Assembly (NCBI GenBank): GCA_963749915.1
Contig: CAVVOP010000022.1
Location: 448,001 to 512,000 of the forward strand
Length of the DNA stretch: 64,000 nt
Direction of reading: 5' to 3'
From: an uncultured cyanobacterium
GTDB taxonomy: Bacteria > Cyanobacteriota > Cyanobacteriia > Cyanobacteriales > Cyanobacteriaceae
Part shown: in pieces, positions 32,317 through 43,721 of the stretch
How the letters are laid out: every line of letters starts with the position of its first letter
Numbering within the stretch: the stretch's first letter is position 1
The notes under the pieces: model-generated
Told to the model about the DNA's origin: nothing
Database searches by the model: none
The model's input: the letters and a program-made list of their open reading frames with translations, nothing else
Made by a program: the position numbers and the translations under genes

Positions 32317-33951
32317 GTGACTACCATAGCAGATACTATTATCCCGAAAGAACAAGATCTACCAATCACTGATATTGATTCTACTATTGATATTCAACGT
32401 CAAATGATCGCCATTCTCGATTTCGGTTCCCAATATTCAGAATTAATCGCCCGTCGTATCCGAGAAACTGAGGTTTATTCCGAGGTTATTTCCTATCGTA
32501 CTACTGCGGAAAAACTTAGGGAGATTAGCCCTAAAGGTATTATTCTTTCTGGGGGTCCGAGTTCAGTGTATGATGACTATGCTCCTCTTTGTGATCCTGA
32601 AATTTGGCAACTTGGTATTCCCGTATTAGGGGTTTGTTACGGGATGCAATTAATGGTCAAACAGTTAGGCGGTAAGGTTGAAAGGGCAAAAAGAGGAGAA
32701 TATGGTAAGGCTTCTTTATCTATTGATGATCCTACAGATTTACTTACCAATGTAGAGCGGGAATCCACTATGTGGATGAGTCACGGCGACTCTTGCACCG
32801 AACTTCCTGAGGGTTTTAAAATTCTTGCCCATACCGATAATACCCCCTGTGCAGCGATCGCTAAACATAAACAAAAATTATATGGCGTTCAATTTCATCC
32901 TGAAGTAATCCATTCTGAATATGGTACAGCGTTAATACGCAATTTTGTCTATCATATCTGTGGTTGTGAACCAACATGGACGACTAAAACCTTTGTCGAA
33001 CAGTCTATTAAAGAAATTCGTGTGCAAGTTAGTGATAAACGAGTATTATTAGCATTATCCGGCGGTGTCGACTCTTCTACCCTTGCTTTTTTACTTCATG
33101 AAGCTATCGGTGATCAGCTTACTTGTATGTTTATTGACCAAGGTTTCATGCGAAAGGGCGAGCCAGAAAGACTTGTAGAGATTTTTGATAAGCAGTTTCA
33201 TATCAATGTCGAATATGTCAACGCACGGGATCGATTTCTTGCTAAACTAAACGGGATAACAGATCCAGAAGAAAAACGTCGGTTGATCGGTCATGAATTT
33301 ATCCAAGTGTTTGAGGAAGAGTCCAACCGTTTAGGACCTTTCGACTATTTAGCCCAGGGTACATTATATCCCGATGTGATTGAATCCGCCGATACGAATG
33401 TAGATCCGAAAACTGGGGAAAGAGTCGCAGTAAAAATTAAGAGTCATCATAATGTCGGTGGCCTGCCAAAAAATCTGCGGTTTAAATTAGTCGAACCTCT
33501 GCGCAAATTATTTAAAGATGAAGTCAGAAAGGTCGGTAGATCCATCGGATTACCTGAAGAAATCGTGTCTCGCCATCCCTTTCCCGGTCCTGGTTTAGCC
33601 ATTCGTATTTTAGGTGAAGTAACCGCCGATAAACTTAATATTCTCCGAGACGCTGATTTTGTCGTCAGAGATGAGATCAAAAAATGGGGTGTGTACCATG
33701 ATTTTTGGCAAGCCTTCGCTGTGTTACTGCCTGTCAAAAGCGTCGGAGTAATGGGTGATCAACGAACCTATGCTTTCCCTGTGGTATTGCGTTTAATCAC
33801 CAGTGAAGATGGCATGACTGCTGATTGGGCAAGGCCACCTTATGATTTATTAGAAACCATGTCTAATCGTATTGTCAATGAGGTTCAAGGGGTTAATCGT
33901 GTGGTTTATGACATCACATCTAAACCTCCCGGTACGATCGAATGGGAATAA
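32317..33951 (+). CDS. guaA: GMP synthase (glutamine-hydrolysing)
   Basis: [44 protein letters not shown]. Confidence 0.98.
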   Translation: MTTIADTIIPKEQDLPITDIDSTIDIQRQMIAILDFGSQYSELIARRIRETEVYSEVISYRTTAEKLREISPKGIILSGGPSSVYDDYAPLCDPEIWQLGIPVLGVCYGMQLMVKQLGGKVERAKRGEYGKASLSIDDPTDLLTNVERESTMWMSHGDSCTELPEGFKILAHTDNTPCAAIAKHKQKLYGVQFHPEVIHSEYGTALIRNFVYHICGCEPTWTTKTFVEQSIKEIRVQVSDKRVLLALSGGVDSSTLAFLLHEAIGDQLTCMFIDQGFMRKGEPERLVEIFDKQFHINVEYVNARDRFLAKLNGITDPEEKRRLIGHEFIQVFEEESNRLGPFDYLAQGTLYPDVIESADTNVDPKTGERVAVKIKSHHNVGGLPKNLRFKLVEPLRKLFKDEVRKVGRSIGLPEEIVSRHPFPGPGLAIRILGEVTADKLNILRDADFVVRDEIKKWGVYHDFWQAFAVLLPVKSVGVMGDQRTYAFPVVLRLITSEDGMTADWARPPYDLLETMSNRIVNEVQGVNRVVYDITSKPPGTIEWE

Positions 33952-34090
33952 AAAAGTCGGAAATAGCATCACAATATCCTTATACATAGAGTATTCTGAG
34001 GGGCTCATGTTCTCATTCCAGATTTATTGGTGAAAAGATTAAGATAGAATAATAAGTTTGCAATTTAACAACATTCAACAGAAATAAATT

Positions 34091-35659
34091 ATGTTTTGGG
34101 CGGATAAAATAGCGGAGACATCACGACAACCCGAATTAGTCAACGATTCCAAAACCCCTTCAGGTAGAGTTCATGTCGGTTCAGTGAGAGGGGTGATTAT
34201 TCATGATGTGATTTACCGAGCCTTGAAAAGGGCAGGAAAACCTGTTAAATTTACCTACGGCGTTGACGATTACGATGCATTAGATACTGTCCCTCACTAT
34301 TTGGATAAGGACAAATTTGCCCCCTATTTAGGTTATCCTCTTTGCAATGTGCCTTCTCCTGATGAAAGTACTTCCGATTATGCCAAATATTTTATGGGAG
34401 AATTTCTGGCGGTTTTTGAGTATTTAGGTGTGAAAGCCGAGATTTATTATTTAAGAGACTTATATCGCTCTGGAAAATTAAACTCTTACATTGATCAATT
34501 TTTACGTCACGCCCAGGATGTCAGAGAAGTTTATAAAGATGTTAGTAAAGCAGAACGTCCTGACAATTGGTATCCTTTTCAAGTAGTTTGCGAAAATTGC
34601 GGTAAAATTGCTACTACAAATGTAACTAACTATCGTGAAAAAGAAGTTTTTTATACTTGTAAAGAAGACGCTACAGATTGGGTTAAAGGCTGTGGACATC
34701 ATGGTTGGGTATCGCCTTTTAATGGTAACGGGAAACTGCCTTGGAAGGTGGAATGGGTGGCTAAATGGGATTTAATCGGTGTTACCATGGAAATGGCGGG
34801 AAAAGATCACTCTCAAAAAGGTGGATCTCGTGATGTTGCTAACGCTATTTGTCGTAAGGTTTTACACAAAAAACCTCCCTTTCATTCCCCTTATGAGTTT
34901 ATCTTAGTCAATGGCACAAAAATGAGTTCCTCTAAGGGTGTTGGCTCAAGTGCGGGGGAGATGGCGGCCTTGTTGCCTCCAGAATTGCTACGTTTTTTAA
35001 TGTTAAGAACTCAGCCAAAAACTGTGATTAATTTTGCTCCTAATTATGAAACTATTACCCGTTTATTTAGAGATTATGATAGTCTGTTAAATGATTATAG
35101 TAAATTGCAAGAAAATAATTCAGAAGTAGAATTAGATAAAAATTTTTCACCCTTATTTTATGCACAATTAGGAGAAGAAATTAAACCTTATTACACTTTT
35201 GATATTAGTACCTTAATTTCTTTATTACAAGTACCCCATTTAGACTTGAAAGAGGAAATTACTAGAAGGGCAGAAAGGGAATTAAATGAATATGATTGGC
35301 AGAAAATAAACCAAAGAATTGTTGTGGCTAAAAAATGGTTAGAAGATTATGCAGATGAAGAAGAAAAACTGGTTATTTACTTTGATAAAGTTCCCGAAAT
35401 CGCTTCTCAATTAACTGATGAACAAAAACAATATTTGACTAAATTAAGAGAAGTTTTAACCACCGTTGAAAAATGGGAGGGAGAAGAACTGCAAACAGCT
35501 TTATTTACTGCCACAAAACAGTTAGGAATTCGCCCTAATATCGCTTTTCCTGCGGTTTATTATTCATTTTTAGGTAAGGAAAAAGGGCCAAAGGCGGGTT
35601 ATTTATTCTCTTATTTAGACAAGAATTTTGTATTAGGAAGACTACAGGAAGTTGTATAA
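34091..35659 (+). CDS. lysS: Class I lysyl-tRNA synthetase (LysRS1)
   Basis: MFWAD start, TPSGRVHVGS (HIGH-like), DDYD.L, CENCGK Zn motif, GKLPWKVEW, GKDH, KMSSSKG, EKGPKAG. Confidence 0.92.
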   Translation: MFWADKIAETSRQPELVNDSKTPSGRVHVGSVRGVIIHDVIYRALKRAGKPVKFTYGVDDYDALDTVPHYLDKDKFAPYLGYPLCNVPSPDESTSDYAKYFMGEFLAVFEYLGVKAEIYYLRDLYRSGKLNSYIDQFLRHAQDVREVYKDVSKAERPDNWYPFQVVCENCGKIATTNVTNYREKEVFYTCKEDATDWVKGCGHHGWVSPFNGNGKLPWKVEWVAKWDLIGVTMEMAGKDHSQKGGSRDVANAICRKVLHKKPPFHSPYEFILVNGTKMSSSKGVGSSAGEMAALLPPELLRFLMLRTQPKTVINFAPNYETITRLFRDYDSLLNDYSKLQENNSEVELDKNFSPLFYAQLGEEIKPYYTFDISTLISLLQVPHLDLKEEITRRAERELNEYDWQKINQRIVVAKKWLEDYADEEEKLVIYFDKVPEIASQLTDEQKQYLTKLREVLTTVEKWEGEELQTALFTATKQLGIRPNIAFPAVYYSFLGKEKGPKAGYLFSYLDKNFVLGRLQEVV

Positions 35660-35796
35660 AATACCAATTAATAATTAATAAGGAAATTTAATATAAAAAT
35701 AATTTTAAAAAAATCAAGATCAACACTAATAAACTTGAGTTTACCCTTAACCTATGCTAATATGGCCATAAAATCTGGTCAAAAACATCATGAACC

Positions 35797-37392
35797 ATGA
35801 ATGAGCCATGGAATCCCGTTACAATCGATGAGTTACCGCCAAATACTGCCGATAATAGTCCTTTGCAAGTAATCTGTTATTTACAATCAAGATTTAGCGA
35901 TTTAGATATACAACAAAAAGAAATTGCTAATAAATATTATGATGGTCCTCAACGGATTCGGGGATTGGCTGGTTCTGGTAAAACCGTTACTTTTACCCAA
36001 AGGGCGGCACAAATACACTCTGATCATCCTGAGTGGAAAATTGCCTTTATCTTTTTTAATCGTTCATTATATCAACAAGTAATTCAAGAACGTATTAATG
36101 AATATTACCGTCAATTATCCCCAGAAAATGAGCCAAATTGGGATAATTTAAAGGTCTTTCACGCATGGGGGGCAAAAAATAAAGAGGGTTTTTATCGTCA
36201 TCTGTGCTTATTTTATAAGTCTCGGTGTCAAGTAAATTGTCAAAAATGCTACAATCCTTTAAAGGAGTGTCATTTTACCCCACAAAATGTTGGTAATGTC
36301 AAGGATAAATTAGGAAAAAATATCCCTCCCGCCAAGGCTTTTCAATTTGTTTGTGATGAATTAGAGAAAAAAATCACCGAATTTGTGGAATTGTATGATG
36401 TGATTTTAATTGATGAGGGCCAAGATTTGCCGCCGTCTTTTTATCGTTTGGCCAGAAATAGTCTCGATTCGCCAAAACGATTATATTGGGCTTATGATGA
36501 GGCACAGAGTATTGGTTCTTTGATTGTACCGCAACCGAGTGCTATTTTTGGAAAAAATGCCGATGGTTCTTTGGTGGTAGATTTAAGAGGTAGGGCTGAA
36601 AATTGGCATAAATCCTATCGTACCCCAAGTTTACTCCTAACCATTGCCCATGCTGTGAATATGGGGTTGTTGAGAAAAAAAGGAGTTTTACAAGGAGTTA
36701 GTAATCAAAAAGAGTGGGAAAATTTGGGTTATGAAGTATTAGAGGGAGATTTTACTCAAAATAGCGTTAAAGAAGGGAAATTAGTTAAGGTTATGAGAAA
36801 ACCCGAAAATAACCCCCATGGAGTTGATGATGACAATTTTCCCTATAAGGAAGCATTGGCAGAAATTATGACCATCAAAATATTAAAAAATGAAGTAGAA
36901 GAAAAAAGCTGGATTGCAGAACAAATTAAGGAGGATTTACAACAAGGCTTACAACCTCATCATATTTTAATCACAGCGTTATCTGGTAAAAAAGAAAAGC
37001 AATATTTAGAAAGTTTAAAACAAGAATTATTTAACCATAATATTCCTAGTTTTGTTGTCGGCGAAAATGGTAATACAGATCAATTTTATAAGCAAGGATT
37101 TGTGACTATTTCTAATATTTATCGAGCAAAGGGTAATGAAGCATGGAAAGTTTATGCTTCTCGTTTTCATTATGCAACGCAACCGTCAGAATATAAACAA
37201 GAAACGGAGTTACACAAAAGAAATGAAGCCTTAGTTGCCCTAACTCGCAGCCGAGTTTGGTGTGTAGTGACGGGTTTGAAAAGTCCAATTTTTACAGAAT
37301 TACAAGAGGCAAAAAATCAATTTCCTTATTTAATTTTTCCTGCTTTTAATCGTAAATCTTTACAGCGAGTGATGGATAATGATGAAGAATAA
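35797..37392 (+). CDS. Superfamily I (UvrD-like) helicase
   Basis: IRGLAGSGKT, LIDEGQD, AYDEAQS, SYRTP, IYRAKGNE, VALTRSR. Confidence 0.85.
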   Translation: MNEPWNPVTIDELPPNTADNSPLQVICYLQSRFSDLDIQQKEIANKYYDGPQRIRGLAGSGKTVTFTQRAAQIHSDHPEWKIAFIFFNRSLYQQVIQERINEYYRQLSPENEPNWDNLKVFHAWGAKNKEGFYRHLCLFYKSRCQVNCQKCYNPLKECHFTPQNVGNVKDKLGKNIPPAKAFQFVCDELEKKITEFVELYDVILIDEGQDLPPSFYRLARNSLDSPKRLYWAYDEAQSIGSLIVPQPSAIFGKNADGSLVVDLRGRAENWHKSYRTPSLLLTIAHAVNMGLLRKKGVLQGVSNQKEWENLGYEVLEGDFTQNSVKEGKLVKVMRKPENNPHGVDDDNFPYKEALAEIMTIKILKNEVEEKSWIAEQIKEDLQQGLQPHHILITALSGKKEKQYLESLKQELFNHNIPSFVVGENGNTDQFYKQGFVTISNIYRAKGNEAWKVYASRFHYATQPSEYKQETELHKRNEALVALTRSRVWCVVTGLKSPIFTELQEAKNQFPYLIFPAFNRKSLQRVMDNDEE

Positions 37393-37486
37393 ACAATGTA
37401 TTACACCTAAAATGCTTTAGGTATTTTAGGTTATGACTGGTTTGGTTAATCCTCTTAATTCATCCTTCAAACTATATGGTTAACTT

Positions 37487-38101
37487 GTGAAAATATATCA
37501 AATAAGCGATAGTAAGAAATTTTTTAATTTACCTAATAGCAAGATTATTTATTATCCTAATTTTTGGTCATTAAATAAGGCTAATTTTTTGTTTCAAGAG
37601 TTAAAAAAGTACATTAAATGGCGGCAGTATCACATAAACTTATTCGGTAAAACTCACCTTCAACCTCGTTTAACAGCATGGTACGGTGATCAAGGTAAGA
37701 CATATACTTACTCTGGAATTACTCTATATGCCCATGACTGGATTAAGCCATTATTAATGATAAAGGAAAAAATTGAGCCCATAACAAACGTAAATTTTAA
37801 TAGTGTGTTATTGAATCTTTATCGTGACGGAAAAGATGGAATGGGATGGCATAGTGATAACGAGAAAGAATTAGGCAAACAACCCATTATCGCCTCGGTG
37901 AGTTTTGGCGGTGAAAGACGATTTTTACTTAAACCTAGAGACAAAAAAGATGCTACCAGAGAAGAAATTATCTTAACTCATGGCAGTTTATTAATTATGG
38001 CGGGGGAGACTCAAGAATATTGGTTGCATCAAATTCCGAAAACCAGTAAATCAGTTGCACCAAGAATAAATCTTACCTTTAGGGTTATAGTTGATGGTTA
38101 A
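37487..38101 (+). CDS. AlkB-family 2OG-Fe(II) dioxygenase (ALKBH2/3-like)
   Basis: PRLTAWYG, LLNLYRDG.D.MGWHSD.E, HQIPK, RINLTFR. Confidence 0.93.
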   Translation: MKIYQISDSKKFFNLPNSKIIYYPNFWSLNKANFLFQELKKYIKWRQYHINLFGKTHLQPRLTAWYGDQGKTYTYSGITLYAHDWIKPLLMIKEKIEPITNVNFNSVLLNLYRDGKDGMGWHSDNEKELGKQPIIASVSFGGERRFLLKPRDKKDATREEIILTHGSLLIMAGETQEYWLHQIPKTSKSVAPRINLTFRVIVDG

Positions 38102-38157
38102 TATTGTGAGACAAGCATCTTGCCTGCAATTGCCATGCAATTGCCAATGGTTAATGA

Positions 38158-38460
38158 CTAATTATTATCGACTGTTTCTGTGTTTTTTAGTAAAGTTACT
38201 CTCACATCATCAATGGCATGATTTAATTGATTAATTTTTTCTTCTAAACTTAGTCTTCTATTTTCGACTTCTTCCTCATCATCCATCATGGAATATCTAC
38301 GAGGTTTTATCGGCGATTCATTATCAAAATTACTTTGATTTTCATTATTTTTATTGGCGATTACTGTGGCTATTATACCTCCCACAATACCGCCAACAAT
38401 TGTGCCCAAGAGAAATCCACTGCCAAATTTATCTTTATCACTCATAGTTTCTTTATGCAA
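38158..38460 (-). CDS. Small protein with Gly-rich TM helix and coiled coil
   Basis: FGSGFLLGTIVGGIVGG and RLSLEEKINQLN.AIDDVR. Confidence 0.7.
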   Translation of the reverse strand: MHKETMSDKDKFGSGFLLGTIVGGIVGGIIATVIANKNNENQSNFDNESPIKPRRYSMMDDEEEVENRRLSLEEKINQLNHAIDDVRVTLLKNTETVDNN

Positions 38461-38531
38461 TTTTTTATTAATTTTTGAGTTATTTTCCTGTTAATTATTA
38501 ATTTATGGTAATTTAGCCAATCATGAAATTG

Positions 38532-39191
38532 CTAATTATTATCAGTGCCAAAAGCTCGATCGCCAGCGTCACCTAATCCGGGTACAATATAACCAGACTC
38601 ATTTACTTGCTCATCAATCATAGCAGTATAAATATTCAAACTGGAATAGTTAATGCTTAATTTTTGTAAAGCCGGAGGGGCAACTACTACGGATATAATG
38701 CGAATACAGTCAGGGTTTGCACCTCTTTTAACAATTTCCTCCATGGCTAACATAATAGATTCCCCAGTGGCTAACATCGGATCTAATATCAAAATGCGGG
38801 TGTCAGACTCAAAGTTTGTCGGTAATTTATTCAGATAACAACTAACCTTTAAGGTTTCTTCGTTTCTTACTAATCCTAAGTGATAGGTAGCCGCAAGGGG
38901 TAACAAGGCTTGGCATCCTTCCCATAAAGTTAAACCGGCCCTTAAAATGGGAATTGTGGCGATCGCTGTGTTAGGGTCAATAAAAGTCGCTGGGGAATTA
39001 GTTAAAGGAGTTTCTATCTCTACATCCATGGTCGGCAACCATTCCCGAATCGCCTCATAAGTCAACCAACGCCCTAATTCTACCATCGCCGTTTTAAAAA
39101 GAGTAGAAGGAGTGTTTTTATCCCTTGCCACCCCTAACCAATGTTTAATTAAAGGATGAGGAGGGACATAAATTTTTAGTTGTGGAGGCAT
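38532..39191 (-). CDS. upp: Uracil phosphoribosyltransferase
   Basis: HPLIKHWL, PILRAGL, DPMLATG, YIVPGLGDAGDRAFG. Confidence 0.96.
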   Translation of the reverse strand: MPPQLKIYVPPHPLIKHWLGVARDKNTPSTLFKTAMVELGRWLTYEAIREWLPTMDVEIETPLTNSPATFIDPNTAIATIPILRAGLTLWEGCQALLPLAATYHLGLVRNEETLKVSCYLNKLPTNFESDTRILILDPMLATGESIMLAMEEIVKRGANPDCIRIISVVVAPPALQKLSINYSSLNIYTAMIDEQVNESGYIVPGLGDAGDRAFGTDNN

Positions 39192-39261
39192 GAAATTTGA
39201 TCCTTATTTGCAATCATTGGCTAAATTATTATAAGTGTTTTTCGTGCTATCGCAATCCTAA

Positions 39262-39420
39262 CTAGCGGACGACCTCTATAGTCGCCAACCCATGGCTGAA
39301 TATTGTTTAGAACACAATTCCAACTTTATCTTCGTCTGTTTACCCACATCCCATCCGACCCTCTATGAATCGCCCTCCTTCCTAGATGCGAATGGGGAAG
39401 TCAAAACCACGAGCCAGTGG
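39262..39420 (+). mobile_element. Transposase remnant (cyanobacterial ISNCY-like)
   Basis: LADDLYSRQPMAEYCLEHNSNFIFVCLPTSHPTLYE...ANGEVKT resembles the DDLYSRQP...FVCLPTSHPTLYE segment of these transposases. Confidence 0.6.
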
Positions 39421-39531
39421 TTGAAAAATCCTTCTGGGAGATTTGTGGTAGAGTACACAGAAAATATATCAAAATATTTTTATATTCAAGCAAATCTTAA
39501 AAGTTTATTAATAAAAGGAATAAATACTCTT

Positions 39532-41102
39532 ATGCTAATCAAAAAATATTTGAAAATTTTGATAATTGTATTAATGACAAATCTTTTTATTCTTGTTCTA
39601 AATTACCCTGTTTCTTCTCAAACTCCCAACTCTATCTGTTCAAATCCAGATCGCTGCGTTTTGTTGGATGAGCAAGAACTATTTGAAATCAAGGTAGAAG
39701 CTGGTGGCTATACCCCTGAAGAAAGAGCAGACATAATCTCTGAAAATCTAAGAATCAAAAGCTAATGATATATCGATAAATACAGATAGCTTTTCCGCAA
39801 TTGCGAGAGACGACGCTTCTGCTATCATACAGGATGGCACACAAAACCCCATATTGACTATTACTCCAGGGGATGCTGCTGTAGATAATGGGGAATCATC
39901 TTTAGAGTTAGCAAAAAAGTATAATAACATTGTCCAAAAAGCAATTAGTACTTATAGACAAAGAGCAATCAATTTTTACGGTAATAGTATTCGAGGTAAT
40001 CCTTGGTGGACTTTAATCTTACTAGGGATATGTTTGCTTATTTTGATTGCACCAGAAAATTGGTTTTCTGACCCTTTCAACCAGGTTGGGACGATGTGTT
40101 ATGGGTTTATCCAACTGCATTGGGAAGCAAATCGGCAAGTTGCTTCGAGACGACAGTTCTCAAAGCCTTCCAAATGAAACTCTCCAAAGCTCTACAAACA
40201 CTCCTCCAACTCTTAAAAAAAAGTCTTGGAGGGAAATTCAAGAAGAATTTAAAAAAGGCAAAAGACTAGCAATGGGAGATAGGATAGAACATATTTACTG
40301 CATAGATCCTGACTTTGTCATTTATCGTACTGAAAACTCAATTAGAACCTATATAAATGAAGATCATTTAGAAGGATTAAACAATAAACCCTTAACACAA
40401 AGGAGGAATAAAATTCAAGAAGACCTAGCAGAAGTTACTTCGATTCAGCCTGATAGAAAGGAAGATACTAAGACAATAAATCCGTTGATCGCAAAGGGGA
40501 TAATATTAGCCCTAGATGACAAGACTGATGAAGCAAAAAAAATCCTTGAAATAGCCAAAAAACGCCTAAAGAAATTCAACGAGGACTATAGAATTTTCCG
40601 GTATTTAAAGGGAAGCTTCTTTATGTCAATTCGTTTTATGTTAGTCATTATACTTTTAAAAATTATGCCGACACTTCTCCCAGATTTATTTAATAATACT
40701 TTTGACTTGTTCAAGATTCCTGAAGAGTTTTTTGTGGTGATATTTTTTGGAGCTTTAGGGGGGTTCTTATCCGTTGCTTATGGGATTAGGAGAGGTGCTC
40801 ATGATATCGATCTAGATTTTGGTTCTAATATCGAAAGATTAGCAGCTTCGCGTATTTACATTGCAGTAATATCTAGTCTGATTATCTATTCAGCTTTAAG
40901 AGGGGAGATTGTTAGCGGCTTATCTATTTCTTTATCAGAAAATAGTAATATTTGCACAATACCTACATTAAGAATAGCATTTATCTCTGCCATTGCTGGC
41001 TTTGTAGAAAGACTTGTTCCTGACCTATTAACTAATAAGGCTAATAAAGACGGTACTCCTCCAGAAGACGATACTGGAGACCAATCTAGGGAGGGGGAAT
41101 AA
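39532..41102 (+). pseudogene. Membrane protein gene apparently split by two frameshifts
   Basis: Signal peptide plus VLLDEQELFEI..GGYTPEERA (to 39765) continues in another frame (..ILTITPGDA..LELAKKY...AISTYRQ), then into the overlapping 40047-41102 ORF with TM helices (FFGALGG, AGFVERLVP). Confidence 0.55.
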
Positions 41103-41175
41103 ATCGTCGAAACCTTTGTTATCTTGGAGTTTTAAAATTATTTTTTTCTAAATTAATCTGCTGAATGTCGGTTAA

Positions 41176-43602
41176 TTAATTTATTTTTACATTTTTTTTA
41201 GTTAGAACATGATATATAGCCCACACCGCCATCGCTCGTAAATAATGACTAGCCCGAAATGTACCTACAGCCGTTATTGCTTCAGGGGTACGGAATTGTA
41301 AGCCGTTGTCGTAAACTTGGTTAACTACAGTTTCCGCTACTTTTAACCCTTCCTCCTTCATGCCGTTAAGTATCATAAAGGCAACGATACCGAAATTAAT
41401 ACCAGTCCACACTTCCAAAGGATGAGTATCATTTTCTTGAACGGGTTTTCCATCAGGTTTTACGCCGTTAGCAATGCCAAATTTACCCTCATGAAATTTT
41501 AAGAAACAAGCGTCATAAACCTTATTCAAAGTAGATTTGACATATTTAGATTCCACAACATCAGGCAATCCTAGTATTTGTGCATAAAATTGTCCTGAAA
41601 GTTGATCTGCCATAACCACATTTGAACCGCTTTCACTGTCTAAACGATAATATTCCCCATTCCAAAGAGTTTGATGATAAATTGCCCTTGATTTTTGCAA
41701 CCAATCTTCAAAAATGGCGATCGCATTTTTAATACCTTCGGGGAAATCATCAGGCTGTAAATCAGGATTCATGGGAGGATTTGCCATTAATATCTTACCC
41801 ATGGCGATGGCCGCTTCTAAGGATACAATCCATAAACCCCCACAATAGGCACTAATACCTTGTAACCGCCAATCGTCAAAGGTTTGATCCGGTGCCCCCG
41901 AATTTTCCGGGATACCATCACCATCTAAGTCAAAACCCTTTAGATAATGGAGAGTTTCTACAATACTATCCCAACATTCCCACAAAAAATCTTGATCTTG
42001 GCGACCTGTAAACAGGTAATCACGATAGACTTGCAAGACGAAATCGCAACCGAGATCCTTCCATAAATTACAATCTTGATAGCTAGTATAATTAGTTTTT
42101 TCCCAAGGATGTTCATTTGGTGCACCTAAATCGTGGGGTGTGGCACCTTTTGCCTTCCTGATAGCCTCGGCCTGATTATAACCAATAATCCTCGGAGTTT
42201 CATCACTGGAGGAAATCCCCTTGCTAAATGCCTCTAAAATAGACTTATCGAGACGAGGCCATAACATGATCATGGAAAAAGAACCATACAAACGCACGTC
42301 CAAACTTTCATACCAACGATAATCAATACATTCTAGTACCCCAAATTGCCCTACAGGATCGTTTTCTGTGGCAGCAGTCCACAAACTGCCTCCATCGGCA
42401 AGTAAATATAACTCGTTAAACAACGCCATTTTTAGCCAATCTGGTAAATTCGATCGCTGTAAAATAGGTTTTTGCCACTCAGCAATGCGATTTTGCCACA
42501 TATCGCTATGTTTTAAAGCCGTGCGCACTATGGACCAAGCATTTTTACCATTTCTACCAAAAAAATCTGTATAACGACGATAATAGTTGATTCCTTGAGC
42601 AAATTCGGTGACGGGAAAGTCCCAAGCCAAAATAAACGGAATTTTCTTAGTTTTTCCCGGTTTGATCGTAAATCTAATCGCCATCGCCCCAGCAATTTGT
42701 TCTCCGGGTTCAGCGGGTGTCTCGTCTTGGTGGTCAGGTAGCGAGCCATTCATGGCAAAATAATCCCATAATTCGCTACCGTCGCCCCGAGGGTTCCAGC
42801 GACTATGATAAAAGACCTCTAAACTAGGGTTAGTAATACTAGCGATGGCAAATTGCCCTTCACCCTCTTGAGGTTCGTCATCCATACGAATTCGATCGAA
42901 CAAACAACCTACCCGAAAATTATCTTGAATCCACTGGTTAAGATTTCCTGTACTATCTCCCCAACGAGGCTTATATTCATACTCAGGGCTACCATCATCT
43001 CTTACTTTGACGACAGGGCTTTTAATAGCATTGGTAAACCAACCGACACTATTTTGCCACGAAAACATGATACTAATCGTGATTTCCTTGTCCGTGGGAT
43101 TATGAATACTCCAATCAAACACCGCCACAGGATAACTAGCCTCCTGATAACTGCTAGCCCAAATCGGCGAAAATTGCTCACAGATCAGATGAGATTTAAA
43201 AACCTCTTGGTAATCAAACCAACTACGAGGATAAAGTGCCGAATAAGTACCTTTTCCTTGAGGATACCATGCCCAACTCGATAAACTACCATCGTCGGGA
43301 GCATTAGTACTCATGGCGTAAACTTGAGGATTTTCCCCTTCTACCTGTTCAAATACACTAAACTGGCAAGCAGATAATGCCTTAAAAATGTGATTACCAC
43401 CGTCAATATGCCAGAGATTAAAGTCACCGTTAACTCCTCTGCCAATGCAACCACTACCAAATCCCCCTAAAGGCATCCCATGATTAGCACCATCGTCCAA
43501 ATTACTGGCATAACGGACAGTATAAGGATGGTCCCATTTTTTGCCAATTTCACATTGCCAAGCAGAAGGGGGAATCTTTGGTAGTTCAATTTTTGTTAGC
43601 AT
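41176..43602 (-). CDS. GH116 beta-glucosidase (GBA2-like)
   Basis: GMPLGGFGSG.IGR, ALFNELY, LECIDY.WYESLDV, PHDLG, DQTFD.W, EVWTG, FRTPEA, YLRAMAVW. Confidence 0.93.
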   Translation of the reverse strand: MLTKIELPKIPPSAWQCEIGKKWDHPYTVRYASNLDDGANHGMPLGGFGSGCIGRGVNGDFNLWHIDGGNHIFKALSACQFSVFEQVEGENPQVYAMSTNAPDDGSLSSWAWYPQGKGTYSALYPRSWFDYQEVFKSHLICEQFSPIWASSYQEASYPVAVFDWSIHNPTDKEITISIMFSWQNSVGWFTNAIKSPVVKVRDDGSPEYEYKPRWGDSTGNLNQWIQDNFRVGCLFDRIRMDDEPQEGEGQFAIASITNPSLEVFYHSRWNPRGDGSELWDYFAMNGSLPDHQDETPAEPGEQIAGAMAIRFTIKPGKTKKIPFILAWDFPVTEFAQGINYYRRYTDFFGRNGKNAWSIVRTALKHSDMWQNRIAEWQKPILQRSNLPDWLKMALFNELYLLADGGSLWTAATENDPVGQFGVLECIDYRWYESLDVRLYGSFSMIMLWPRLDKSILEAFSKGISSSDETPRIIGYNQAEAIRKAKGATPHDLGAPNEHPWEKTNYTSYQDCNLWKDLGCDFVLQVYRDYLFTGRQDQDFLWECWDSIVETLHYLKGFDLDGDGIPENSGAPDQTFDDWRLQGISAYCGGLWIVSLEAAIAMGKILMANPPMNPDLQPDDFPEGIKNAIAIFEDWLQKSRAIYHQTLWNGEYYRLDSESGSNVVMADQLSGQFYAQILGLPDVVESKYVKSTLNKVYDACFLKFHEGKFGIANGVKPDGKPVQENDTHPLEVWTGINFGIVAFMILNGMKEEGLKVAETVVNQVYDNGLQFRTPEAITAVGTFRASHYLRAMAVWAIYHVLTKKNVKIN

Positions 43603-43721
43603 ATTGACTTATTCAAAAGTGGTTTGTTACTAATATTATCAGTCAGATCGATCACTTTTTTATTCATCAGCTAAGGCCCAACAATTTTATTACCTTCCGC
43701 CTCCTGCCTTCGTAGTATTAA

